Positions 1-8,083 of a DNA stretch of 32,327 nt are shown piece by piece. Source of the stretch: an uncultured Porphyrobacter sp. Lineage in GTDB: Bacteria > Pseudomonadota > Alphaproteobacteria > Sphingomonadales > Sphingomonadaceae. The stretch spans positions 1 to 32,327 of the forward strand of contig CAZOLE010000002.1 of NCBI GenBank assembly GCA_964580445.1. Direction: 5' to 3'. Both the position numbers and the translations under genes were made by a program. How positions within the stretch are numbered: position 1 is the stretch's first letter; every line of letters begins with the position of its first letter. The notes under the pieces are model-generated. The model was not told the origin of the DNA, did no database searches, and saw only the letters and a program-made list of their open reading frames with translations.

Positions 1-1
1 G

Positions 2-310
2 CATAAGACCTCTGATCGCGGCTTTTACGAAGATGCGCAGCGGGCAGCCAAGGGTATGAATGCAAGCGAAGCAATCTTGGTGCGCGACGATGGGCTCGTA
101 ACCGAAGGCAGCTTCACCAATGTCTTTGTCGAGCGCGATGGCATGCTTCTGACGCCGCCTGCGAAACTTGGCCTATTGCCCGGTATTCTGCGCGAGCACT
201 TGATTGCAGAAGGCCGTGCCCGCGAAGCTGAGCTCACGCTCAAAGACTTGCCTGAAGGCTTCTTGCTCGGCAATTCGGTGCGCGGGTTGTTTGAAGCCAC
301 TTTGATTTAG
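2..310 (+). CDS. 3' part of a class IV PLP aminotransferase / 4-amino-4-deoxychorismate lyase domain, possibly the C-terminus of a PabB-PabC fusion; 5'-truncated by the window
   Basis: Frame is open from position 2 (HKTSDRGFY...). Motifs HKT, EAIL, TEGSFTNVF, LLTPP, GLLPGILR and GNSVRGL are typical of fold-type IV enzymes. Confidence 0.85.
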   Translation, partial: HKTSDRGFYEDAQRAAKGMNASEAILVRDDGLVTEGSFTNVFVERDGMLLTPPAKLGLLPGILREHLIAEGRAREAELTLKDLPEGFLLGNSVRGLFEATLI

Positions 311-354
311 CTGATTGAATAACCGCCACGCCGCCAACTCCTACCGAGTCTTTT

Positions 355-382
355 CGTCCTATCGCTTCGCTGCTTGAGGACG
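355..382. repeat. REP-like intergenic imperfect palindrome
   Basis: CGTCCT (355-360) and AGGACG (377-382) flank ATCGCTTCGCTGCTTG. Only one clear copy in the window. Confidence 0.35.
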
Positions 383-460
383 CTCTACCCGCGTCGCATC
401 CGAAAAATATTCTGGGCGGCAGGGTGGAGAGCGCGGACGGTTCGGCCTAAGGGACTAGCC

Positions 461-1180
461 ATGACCACCCCCCACATCCTTTTCGAAGACGGCGAAGCGC
501 TCGTCATCAACAAGCCTGCTGGCCTACCCGTCGATCGTCCACGGCGCGGGGGCGAGTGCTTGGATGACCATCTCGACTCGCTCAAGCTCGGTTTTCAACG
601 TCGCCCGATGGCTGTCCATCGCCTCGACACTGACACCAGCGGCTGTTTGCTGCTCGCGCGCAATCCCAAGGCATTGAAGCGGTTCAACAAAGCATTCGAA
701 GATCGGCTGGTGGGTAAGACCTATCTTGCCGTGCTCGATATTGAACCGACTGAGACGTCGGGGACGATTGAACTGGCATTGTCTAAAATCAGCTCAGCGG
801 AAAAAGGCTGGCGGATGATCGCGGCAAAAAAGGGCAAGCCAGCAATCTCGCACTGGGAGCTGCTGGAAACGATTGGCGAAGGCGACAAGAAGCGCTCGCT
901 TATCCGGTTTCGACCAGAGACTGGGCGCACGCACCAACTGCGCGTGCATGCCCTGCAGGGGTTGGGCGCGCCGTTGCTTGGAGATCCGGTCTATGGACCT
1001 GTGCGAGGGCAGAACAAGGGCGCACCGCGCACCATGCTCCACGCCGAGAGCATCCGTATCGAACGTGATGGCAAGCTTGCGATCACCGCAACCGCACCAT
1101 TCCCAGAGGATTTCGCCCGCGCTGGACACACAACGCCTGAACCATCCCAACCGCCTGAACCCGCGACGGACGATGGATGA
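461..1180 (+). CDS. RluA-family RNA pseudouridine synthase
   Basis: INKPAGL, catalytic HRLDTDTSG, TGRTHQLRVH, PLLGDPVYG and LHA motifs. ATG 461 chosen over the track's TTG 374. Confidence 0.93.
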   Translation: MTTPHILFEDGEALVINKPAGLPVDRPRRGGECLDDHLDSLKLGFQRRPMAVHRLDTDTSGCLLLARNPKALKRFNKAFEDRLVGKTYLAVLDIEPTETSGTIELALSKISSAEKGWRMIAAKKGKPAISHWELLETIGEGDKKRSLIRFRPETGRTHQLRVHALQGLGAPLLGDPVYGPVRGQNKGAPRTMLHAESIRIERDGKLAITATAPFPEDFARAGHTTPEPSQPPEPATDDG

Positions 1181-1589
1181 CACGCTGATTGATCGCGCCC
1201 ATGCTTTGGCGGAGGAGAGCTTTCTTGCTGGCTCTGGTCCCGGCGGGCAAAACGCCAACAAAGTCGCGACCGAAGTGCAGCTGCGCGTCAATATCTACGC
1301 TTTGCGCCTAACCCCACCGGTCTTTGCACGGTTGCGTGAACTGGCTGGTTCGAAACTCACCGCAAGCGGCGATCTGCTGATCACAGCGCGCCAGCATAGG
1401 AATCAAGAGGCCAATCGCACGCTCGCCCGCGCCAAGCTCGAAGAACTTCTGGAAGCCGCCCATCAAAGCCCCAAAAAGCGAGCCAAAACCCGCGTCAACC
1501 GGCTCGGCAAAGCAAAGCGCATAAAATCGAAGAAAGCGCGTGGCCAAGTGAAGGTCAATCGCGGCAAGCCCAACGCTTCGGATTGGTGA
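1173..1589 (+). CDS. arfB: Alternative ribosome-rescue peptidyl-tRNA hydrolase ArfB (YaeJ)
   Basis: SGPGGQNANKV (GGQ motif), RNQEANR and a highly basic C-terminal tail. ATG 1173 overlaps the rluA stop by 8 nt. Confidence 0.92.
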   Translation: MDDTLIDRAHALAEESFLAGSGPGGQNANKVATEVQLRVNIYALRLTPPVFARLRELAGSKLTASGDLLITARQHRNQEANRTLARAKLEELLEAAHQSPKKRAKTRVNRLGKAKRIKSKKARGQVKVNRGKPNASDW

Positions 1590-1621
1590 GCCGCAAAGGG
1601 CCAATTCCAGCGCAACTTTCC

Positions 1622-1650
1622 TTGACTTTTGCCACAGAATCACTCATAGG
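1622..1650 (+). promoter_or_regulatory. Putative sigma70 promoter of rpmG
   Basis: TTGACT-N17-CATAGG followed by GC-rich CGCGCG; resembles alphaproteobacterial housekeeping promoters that lack the -7 T. Confidence 0.55.
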
Positions 1651-1744
1651 CGCGCGTCTGTAAGGCGGCGCATCCATTTACGGCACGCGCCGCTGTTTAG
1701 TTTCAGGCTCGAAAAAGCCGCCACCCAATCTGTAGGAACTCGCA

Positions 1745-1912
1745 ATGGCGAAGCCAGCAACCGTCAAGATCAAGCTCGTCTCGACCGCAGACACCGGCTT
1801 TTATTACGTGACCAAAAAGAACCCGCGCAACACCACTGAAAAGATGGTTTTCCGCAAATACGATCCGGTTGCGAAGAAGCACGTCGAATTTAAAGAAGCG
1901 AAGATCAAGTAA
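1745..1912 (+). CDS. rpmG: 50S ribosomal protein L33, cysteine-free form
   Basis: Manual translation [55 protein letters not shown] (55 aa, below the ORF-track cutoff); AGGA upstream. Confidence 0.97.
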   Translation: MAKPATVKIKLVSTADTGFYYVTKKNPRNTTEKMVFRKYDPVAKKHVEFKEAKIK

Positions 1913-2045
1913 GGTTTCGCTCTTGCGTGGCGACGCGCAAAAACATTTTACTGACCTTTCTGCTTGCCAACGGGCCGGTTCAGCCTGCAATAATTCGCGC
2001 GCGCTAAAAGCAGCAGTCGAATGTTCCGGGAGGTCCAAGAAAGCC

Positions 2046-2723
2046 ATGTTGACGAAATTCGTTCCGACAAAGCCGATTAAGATTGCCGCCGTTGCCCTGC
2101 TGAGCGCAGCTAGCCTCGCTTTGCCATCGGGTTCGCCGCTCGCGCCTGTTGCCAGCGTTGAGGCGCAAAGCAATTCCGCAAAGCTTGATGCGGCGGTGAA
2201 GGCACTGCGTGGCATTTCAACGATGCGCGCCAATTTCACGCAAACCGATCGCCAGGGCAAAACAGCACGCGGGATGATGACGTTGAAACGTCCGGGCAAA
2301 ATCCGCTTTGATTATGGCAAAAACGCCGATCTGCTCGTCGTATCCAACGGCAAGTCGCTTTATATGATCGACTATGAGGTCAATCAGGTGCAGCGCTGGC
2401 CGATCAAGAAATCACCTCTCGGTGCACTGCTTGATCCCAATCGCGACGTGAAGCGGTATGGAAAACTGGTCCCAACCACCAATAAGAACGTGATCAGCAT
2501 CGACGTGCGCGATCCCAAACGGCCTGAATTTGGGACGATCAACATGATCTTCGTGCGCAATTCAAAGGCGCCTGGGGGCTGGCAATTGACCAATTGGGTC
2601 GCGAACGACGCGCAGAACCATCGCACGACTGTTAGGCTAACGAATCACCGCTATGGGGTTTCCGTCGCGGAGAGCACGTTCAGATTCAAAGACCCGCGCG
2701 GTTCATCTCGTCGACCACGTTGA
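2046..2723 (+). CDS. lolA: Outer-membrane lipoprotein carrier protein LolA family
   Basis: Signal peptide; ANFTQ, G-x-LKRPGKIRFDY and LLVVSNGK motifs; SD GGAGGT ahead of ATG 2046. Confidence 0.88.
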   Translation: MLTKFVPTKPIKIAAVALLSAASLALPSGSPLAPVASVEAQSNSAKLDAAVKALRGISTMRANFTQTDRQGKTARGMMTLKRPGKIRFDYGKNADLLVVSNGKSLYMIDYEVNQVQRWPIKKSPLGALLDPNRDVKRYGKLVPTTNKNVISIDVRDPKRPEFGTINMIFVRNSKAPGGWQLTNWVANDAQNHRTTVRLTNHRYGVSVAESTFRFKDPRGSSRRPR

Positions 2724-2776
2724 ACGGTTGGACCTCCTCCGGTTGTAAGGATGCGACAAAAAACACGACATATTCA

Positions 2777-2805
2777 TTTACGCGAAAGCTCGTAACGGCT
2801 AATTT
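2777..2805 (+). promoter_or_regulatory. Putative sigma70 promoter of the intergenic sRNA candidate
   Basis: TTTACG-N17-TAATTT (in context GCTAATTT), with an A-rich tract upstream. Confidence 0.45.
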
Positions 2806-2811
2806 TACAAA

Positions 2812-2938
2812 TACAGAGTGACTGAAGGATGGTTTCCCCCCTGTTGCCTTTCCTTCGCGCAAGGTCGCTTTGTACAAGCGTGACGAACGCTAACATGGAA
2901 GCCCCTGTCCCACCGCCCCCGGGACAGGGGTTTTTTTT
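2812..2938 (+). ncRNA. Candidate trans-acting sRNA between lolA and xth
   Basis: Own putative promoter; internal pairings GAAGGA/TCCTTC and CGCTT/AAGCG; C-rich single-stranded tracts; ends in a strong intrinsic terminator. The 5' end is estimated. Confidence 0.5.
2899..2938 (+). terminator. Rho-independent terminator
   Basis: Perfect 10-bp stem CCCCTGTCCC (2902-2911) / GGGACAGGGG (2921-2930), 9-nt loop, then T8. Confidence 0.9.
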
Positions 2939-3036
2939 GATGGGGCTCTTGGGCTTTATCAACGCGACATCACGAAAATATGTGACTGGAGAGCAAATCC
3001 TTGCCGCTTGCGACCGGCGTCCCTAAGTCATCGAGC

Positions 3037-3825
3037 ATGATCTCTGTAGCCACTTGGAATATCAACTCGGTTCGCTTGCGCTTGCCATTGGTTGAAAAAT
3101 TTCTCGCCGCCGAAGCGCCCGATGTGCTGTGCTTGCAAGAAATCAAATGCGAAAACGATAAGTTCCCCGCCGAGGCCATCGCCGCGATGGGATATGAGCA
3201 TCAAGCCGTATGCGGACAAAAGGGCTATCACGGTGTCGCCACCGTCAGTCGCATCCCCTTAAAAGAAGTGTCCCGCCATGATTGGCAGGCCAATGGCGAA
3301 GCGCGTCATATTGGTGTTGAAGTCGGCGACACCGGGATGGTGGTCGAAAACGTCTATGTGCCCGCTGGCGGGGATATTCCGGACCGGGAAAAGAACGCGA
3401 AGTTTGGTCAAAAGCTCGATTTCCTGGAGCGGATGACGCGCTGGGCCGAAACGATCACCGCTCCCACTTTGATTGTCGGCGATTTCAATATCGCACCTCT
3501 GGAAAGCGACGTGTGGAGCCACAAGCAGTTGCTTAAGGTCGTCAGCCATACGCCGTTAGAATGCGACGTGCTGGAACAGTTCAAGCAAGCGCATGATTGG
3601 GTTGATCTGGGCCGCGAATTCATCCGCGATCCAGAGCGCTATTTCAGCTGGTGGTCCTATCGTTCGCCCAACTGGCGCACAAATGATCGCGGGCGCCGAC
3701 TTGACCATATGTGGGCGAGCGCAGGGCTGGCCAAGAAGGCGACGGGGCATCGCATTCTCGAAGAAGCGCGCGATTGGGAAAAACCCTCCGATCACATCCC
3801 ATTGATCACGGAGTTTGATCTCTGA
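3037..3825 (+). CDS. xth: Exodeoxyribonuclease III (AP endonuclease)
   Basis: ATWNINSVR, DVLCLQEIK, GYHGVA, NVYVP, GDFNIAP, FSWWSYR, GRRLDH and PSDH motifs. Confidence 0.95.
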   Translation: MISVATWNINSVRLRLPLVEKFLAAEAPDVLCLQEIKCENDKFPAEAIAAMGYEHQAVCGQKGYHGVATVSRIPLKEVSRHDWQANGEARHIGVEVGDTGMVVENVYVPAGGDIPDREKNAKFGQKLDFLERMTRWAETITAPTLIVGDFNIAPLESDVWSHKQLLKVVSHTPLECDVLEQFKQAHDWVDLGREFIRDPERYFSWWSYRSPNWRTNDRGRRLDHMWASAGLAKKATGHRILEEARDWEKPSDHIPLITEFDL

Positions 3826-4919
3826 GCGAGCCGGCGCACTCCCGAGGGCCATCACCAGCACGCCGCTCTGCGCAAGCGGTTGATGCGCTGCGCCATGGTT
3901 GGCCATTGCTGTTTGAAGGCGGGCCTGATGGGCCGGTCACATTGCTGCCGGTTGAAACAGCAATTGCACGGCAGGCGATTGCACCGCTAATGCTTATCTC
4001 CGATGCGCGCGCAGCCACGTTAAAACTGGCCAATCAGCGCGATGCCGCCGTACCGCATGCGCCCGTTTTAATCCGCGGGGGCGAGCCGTTTGATATGGCG
4101 TGCGCACTGCCTATCGCAGATCCGGCGCTCGACCTTGCGAACCCCCTGAAGGGACCGTTTCGCGCCGAATTGCTGGAATGGGAGGATACTGCCCGCGCGG
4201 CGATGGAGCTAGCACGGATCGCTGGGATCCTACCGGCATTTCTCGTCAATCCAAGCGAGGCGGGCGAAGCACACCCGCTGTTAGCGACCGACTTGGCCAA
4301 ATACGCCGATGCAGGCGAATTGCGCATTGTCTCTCGCGCGCGCCTGCCCATAACAGCAAGCGAAGACGCTGAGATTATCGCCTTTCGGTCCACAGCAGAT
4401 ACCCGCGAGCATGTCGCATTGATCATTGGCGATCAAAGCGGGGACCATGCGCCGCTGGTGCGCGTGCATTCCGAGTGTTTGACTGGCGACATCCTTGGCA
4501 GCCTCAAATGCGATTGCGGGCCGCAATTGGACGGCGCACTCCACGCAATGGCTGAGCATGCTCGCACAAATGGCGGCTGGGGCGCACTGCTCTATCTTAG
4601 GCAAGAGGGGCGCGGCATCGGTCTGATCAACAAGCTGCGCGCTTATCGCTTGCAGGATCAAGGCTATGACACGGTCGATGCCAATCAACGGCTTGGCCTG
4701 CCCGATGAAGCCCGCGATTTTCCGGTGGCGGCGCGGATGCTGGAGCTGATCGGCGCAAAACGCATCCGCTTGCTGACCAACAATCCGGCTAAGGTTGATG
4801 CGCTTTCTGGAGCAGGGGTAACGGTAGATGAGAGAATTCAGCACCAATTGCCCGATAATCCTCACAATGCGCGCTATCTCGCCACCAAACGCGATCGTTC
4901 CGGGCATTTGCTCAAATGA
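3822..4919 (+). CDS. ribA: GTP cyclohydrolase II with a degenerate N-terminal RibB-like region; probable CTG start at 3822 (track start TTG 3906)
   Basis: VRVHSECLTGD, SLKCDCGPQL, YLRQEGRGIGL-NKLRAY and LLTNNP-K motifs. Frame is open from 3819 and reads AVDALRHGWP upstream of the TTG. Confidence 0.9.
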   Translation: MSEPAHSRGPSPARRSAQAVDALRHGWPLLFEGGPDGPVTLLPVETAIARQAIAPLMLISDARAATLKLANQRDAAVPHAPVLIRGGEPFDMACALPIADPALDLANPLKGPFRAELLEWEDTARAAMELARIAGILPAFLVNPSEAGEAHPLLATDLAKYADAGELRIVSRARLPITASEDAEIIAFRSTADTREHVALIIGDQSGDHAPLVRVHSECLTGDILGSLKCDCGPQLDGALHAMAEHARTNGGWGALLYLRQEGRGIGLINKLRAYRLQDQGYDTVDANQRLGLPDEARDFPVAARMLELIGAKRIRLLTNNPAKVDALSGAGVTVDERIQHQLPDNPHNARYLATKRDRSGHLLK

Positions 4920-5428
4920 GCCAAGCGCCCCATCCGATCACAATCCGTCCCGAGGCTCCGGGTGATAAAGACACGATCCATGCGCTGACCACGGCAGCGT
5001 TCAAAGAAATGCCGTTTTCGGACGGCGATGAACCTGAACTGGTAGATCGATTGCGCGATGATGGTGATCTAACGCTGTCCTTGGTGGCCGAGGATGCTCA
5101 GCGAATTGTGGGGCATATCGCCTTTTCGCCAGTCACAATCGCTGATGGAGCGCAGGACTGGTATGGGCTTGGCCCGGTCTCGGTGTGGCCCGAATTGCAG
5201 CACAAGGGAATTGGCGGCGCGTTGGTCCGGCGCGGGATCGCCAATCTCACCGCCAAAGGTGCGTGCGGAATGATCTTGCTCGGCAATCCGGTCTATTACA
5301 GTCGATTTGGCTTCAAACATGAGCCGCAGCTCACCTATCCAGGACCACCGGCCGAGTATTTTCAAGTACTGCTGATCCAAGGGGACCTGCCGAAAGGGCA
5401 GGTTTCTTACGCGCCAGCTTTCGGTTAA
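4916..5428 (+). CDS. GNAT N-acetyltransferase, YhbS-like
   Basis: IRPE, IVGHIAFSPV, LGPVSV-P--Q-KGIG and LGNPVYYSRFGF motifs; ATGA overlap with ribA. Confidence 0.9.
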   Translation: MSQAPHPITIRPEAPGDKDTIHALTTAAFKEMPFSDGDEPELVDRLRDDGDLTLSLVAEDAQRIVGHIAFSPVTIADGAQDWYGLGPVSVWPELQHKGIGGALVRRGIANLTAKGACGMILLGNPVYYSRFGFKHEPQLTYPGPPAEYFQVLLIQGDLPKGQVSYAPAFG

Positions 5429-5461
5429 GCTCGGCCTCGACCCACTCGAGAGGAGCCGTTT

Positions 5462-6193
5462 ATGCGCTATCTTTTCCTCGCAATCGCGCTGATTTTTAGC
5501 CTCGGCAACACCGAAAACGCACCGCCGAACGCTATTCAGGATTTGGTCGACCGCGATCAATATGACGCGGCATTCGATTTGGCTCGCAAGGACGCGCTTG
5601 CTGGAGATGGCGAAGCGCATGATTGGCTAGGCTGGTTCTATGAAAATGGACGCGGCACCAATGTCGATATGTCAGCAGCGGAATTTCACTATCGCGCAGC
5701 TGCGCGTGAGGGCGAGAACCATGCGCGCTGGAGGCTCGGGGTGCTGATCGACACCGGAGAGATTGCCGGGAAGCTCGAAGAAGCGGTCGATTTTTTTCAA
5801 GAAGCCGCGGATGACGATTATGTCGAAGGCGTCGTGAGCCTTGCGGTGATGCAGGCCACCGGTCGTGGAACGAAGCAGGATTATCCGGCGGCGCTGGGCA
5901 ACTACATGAAAGCCGCGCAATTGGGCGATGACCATGCAGTGCGCGGCGTGGGCGTGATGCTATATAACGGCCAAGGCGTTGAGGCGAACAAGGAAGAGGC
6001 GGCGGCTTGGTTCCTAGTCTCAGCGGCGCGCGGCAATGATGAGGGCGAAAACAGCTTGCGCATGGTAATCAGCGAGCTGGAAGACGTTGACCTCGATGCA
6101 ATTTCAGCGCGAGCGAAAGAAATTGCACAAGAACTTGATCTGCCGATCGATATTCAGACCGAGGCGAGCAAAGACAAAAGCACCGTTCAGTAG
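5462..6193 (+). CDS. Secreted Sel1-like repeat protein
   Basis: Signal peptide; repeated A--LG--Y--G-G---D---A---Y--AA units; SD GAGGAG. Confidence 0.88.
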   Translation: MRYLFLAIALIFSLGNTENAPPNAIQDLVDRDQYDAAFDLARKDALAGDGEAHDWLGWFYENGRGTNVDMSAAEFHYRAAAREGENHARWRLGVLIDTGEIAGKLEEAVDFFQEAADDDYVEGVVSLAVMQATGRGTKQDYPAALGNYMKAAQLGDDHAVRGVGVMLYNGQGVEANKEEAAAWFLVSAARGNDEGENSLRMVISELEDVDLDAISARAKEIAQELDLPIDIQTEASKDKSTVQ

Positions 6194-6196
6194 GGC

Positions 6197-7183
6197 TTAG
6201 CGCGCCTGATACTGCGTTAAGCCACCCGCCAATGCGTTTCCGCTCATCACAACGCGCGACTTGCTCCAATCCGCTAGGAATACGGTGGCACGGCTAAGGC
6301 CGGGCACAAAGCGCGCTTCGTTGTTCACCACTTTGAGACCATCGGAAGGGTGCAAATTCGCCTCCGCGCCCAATGCGATGAAGGCTGAGTAGTTTTCTTT
6401 ATCACGGCCTTGGACAAACCAGTTGTTGGCGATGGTGCCACGGCTGCCTGCGGGTAGGTCGATCATATAATTGGTCGCGCTACCATTGGCGTCGTCAAAG
6501 CTGTTGTTCTCAATCGTGACATTGGCCGCGCGCGCTTTCACATAGTGGCCGCCTTGGCCGCGCTCAAATCGGCTTTCGCGCACGGTCAGCGAACCATAAT
6601 TGCCGATATAGATCGAATGCGCGCAGCCTGCGACGTTCTTGCACGTGCCAAGCCCGCTAAAGGTTGAGCGTGTGATGTAGATTTTGCTGGCCGTATCGTT
6701 GGCCGTCAAAATTCCCTGCTGGCTGTCTAGAAACCAGCTGTTCGCGACATTGAGACTGCCTTTCTCCAGCCGGATACCAGCTCCATTGCCGTCGCGCACT
6801 GCTACTCCGCGAAACGTCAGGCCACGCACTTCTGCGCCGGTCCCGCGTAGCACCAGAGTGGCTTTTCCTTCGCAAGCCGTGCGGTCAAAAATTGCTTTGC
6901 CCGGTTCGCTCGCAACAAAGTTGATCACGCCAGCGGTCTGAATCGCGCATTGGCGATAGGTGCCCGGCGCAATCGTGATCGTCGCCTTGCGATTGCCAAC
7001 CGCGTCCACTGCGCCCTGCAATGTGCCATAGCTCTTACCGGTTTCATTAATCGTGAAGCTCGCCCCGCCCGTTTGCGCGGCTGTGTTGGACGCTGGCAAC
7101 GTCACGGCGGCCATTGCGGCCACGGCGAGGGTACCAGAAAGGGCGAAGCGGGAGCGGATCCCGATTGTGCTGAGCGTTTTCAT
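6197..7183 (-). CDS. Secreted right-handed parallel beta-helix (pectin-lyase-like) protein
   Basis: Signal peptide; TLQGAVDA-x-ITIAPGTY cap; G/N-rich repeats (GNGAGIR, HSIYIG, GHYVKARA, TIENNSF). Confidence 0.8.
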   Translation of the reverse strand: MKTLSTIGIRSRFALSGTLAVAAMAAVTLPASNTAAQTGGASFTINETGKSYGTLQGAVDAVGNRKATITIAPGTYRQCAIQTAGVINFVASEPGKAIFDRTACEGKATLVLRGTGAEVRGLTFRGVAVRDGNGAGIRLEKGSLNVANSWFLDSQQGILTANDTASKIYITRSTFSGLGTCKNVAGCAHSIYIGNYGSLTVRESRFERGQGGHYVKARAANVTIENNSFDDANGSATNYMIDLPAGSRGTIANNWFVQGRDKENYSAFIALGAEANLHPSDGLKVVNNEARFVPGLSRATVFLADWSKSRVVMSGNALAGGLTQYQAR

Positions 7184-7364
7184 ACTTTGAGCAAATACCA
7201 GAGATTGCGCGATGACTGGGACGCGGAAAAGTGGCTGTGCCGTTTCGAACCATCAATTCGCGCTTGGCTTAACCGAGCAGGAGGGTCTAAATGGCGATTG
7301 ACCGGACCGCTGCAAGGATGCGGAGGTACCGGAAATATTGGGTCAATCGAGGAGGACATCCACA

Positions 7365-7715
7365 ATGAAGAAGCTCACAATTATCGCCACGCTTGGCGGC
7401 GCATCACTCGCTCTGGCCGCGTGCGGTGGTTCGGAAAGCGCATCAGACGAAGCGACCGCTGATAATGTCGAGGTGCCCGCTGACGCAGCGCTCGAAGAAG
7501 TAACGGATGAGCCGGCTGAAGAAGAAACGACCGCGGCCGTTACCGGAGAATCAGAGGAAGATCTGTCAGAAGTGGAGCCGCCTGCTCCGGTAACGCAGGA
7601 AGCGGCTGAATCTGCCGCTGAAAACGCTGAATCGGTTGCGGGCGAAGTGGATAGCGCACTCGAAGCGCTGGACGCAGAAGAAGCAGTCGAAGCCGCTGTT
7701 GAAAGCGCCAACTGA
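7365..7715 (+). CDS. Small acidic, low-complexity lipoprotein
   Basis: MKK start, lipobox LAAC, E/A-rich mature part, strong SD GAGGAGG. Confidence 0.8.
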   Translation: MKKLTIIATLGGASLALAACGGSESASDEATADNVEVPADAALEEVTDEPAEEETTAAVTGESEEDLSEVEPPAPVTQEAAESAAENAESVAGEVDSALEALDAEEAVEAAVESAN

Positions 7716-7718
7716 TAC

Positions 7719-7988
7719 ATGCGTATCACGCCAATACTGCGTCCGGGGTTGTTTAGACAATCCCGGCGCAATGCGGGTATCGTGGCTGCCGTAATGGTCG
7801 GGGCGCTTAGCGCTTGCGGCTCTGGCGGCACCGACCCTGCAGATACTGGCATCAGCAAAGGCGAAGCACGCGCGCTTGATGAAGCCGCCGAGATGCTGGA
7901 TGAAAAACGCTTGCCCGATGATGCGATTCCGCCAATTGATGGCGAAGATCAGGCAGCAGATGCGCCAGCCGACAACACCAGCGAGTAA
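7719..7988 (+). CDS. Small lipoprotein, hypothetical
   Basis: Lipobox LSAC; helix GEARALDEAAEMLD; starts 3 nt after the previous stop. Confidence 0.7.
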   Translation: MRITPILRPGLFRQSRRNAGIVAAVMVGALSACGSGGTDPADTGISKGEARALDEAAEMLDEKRLPDDAIPPIDGEDQAADAPADNTSE

Positions 7989-8083
7989 TCGCACAGATCA
8001 CTGAATTGAGAGGCGACGCGGCCAAACAAGTCGGGCTAGCGCGCATAGACATATCTTTGGGGTACCGCGAGAGGATGACGCTG

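Noticed and set aside
1869-2045. N-terminal extension of the lolA ORF in the track
   Set aside because: It overlaps rpmG in another frame; the signal peptide and SD fit ATG 2046.
2829-3026. 65-aa ORF in the lolA-xth spacer
   Set aside because: It runs through a perfect intrinsic terminator, has no properly spaced SD and gives an unrecognisable peptide.
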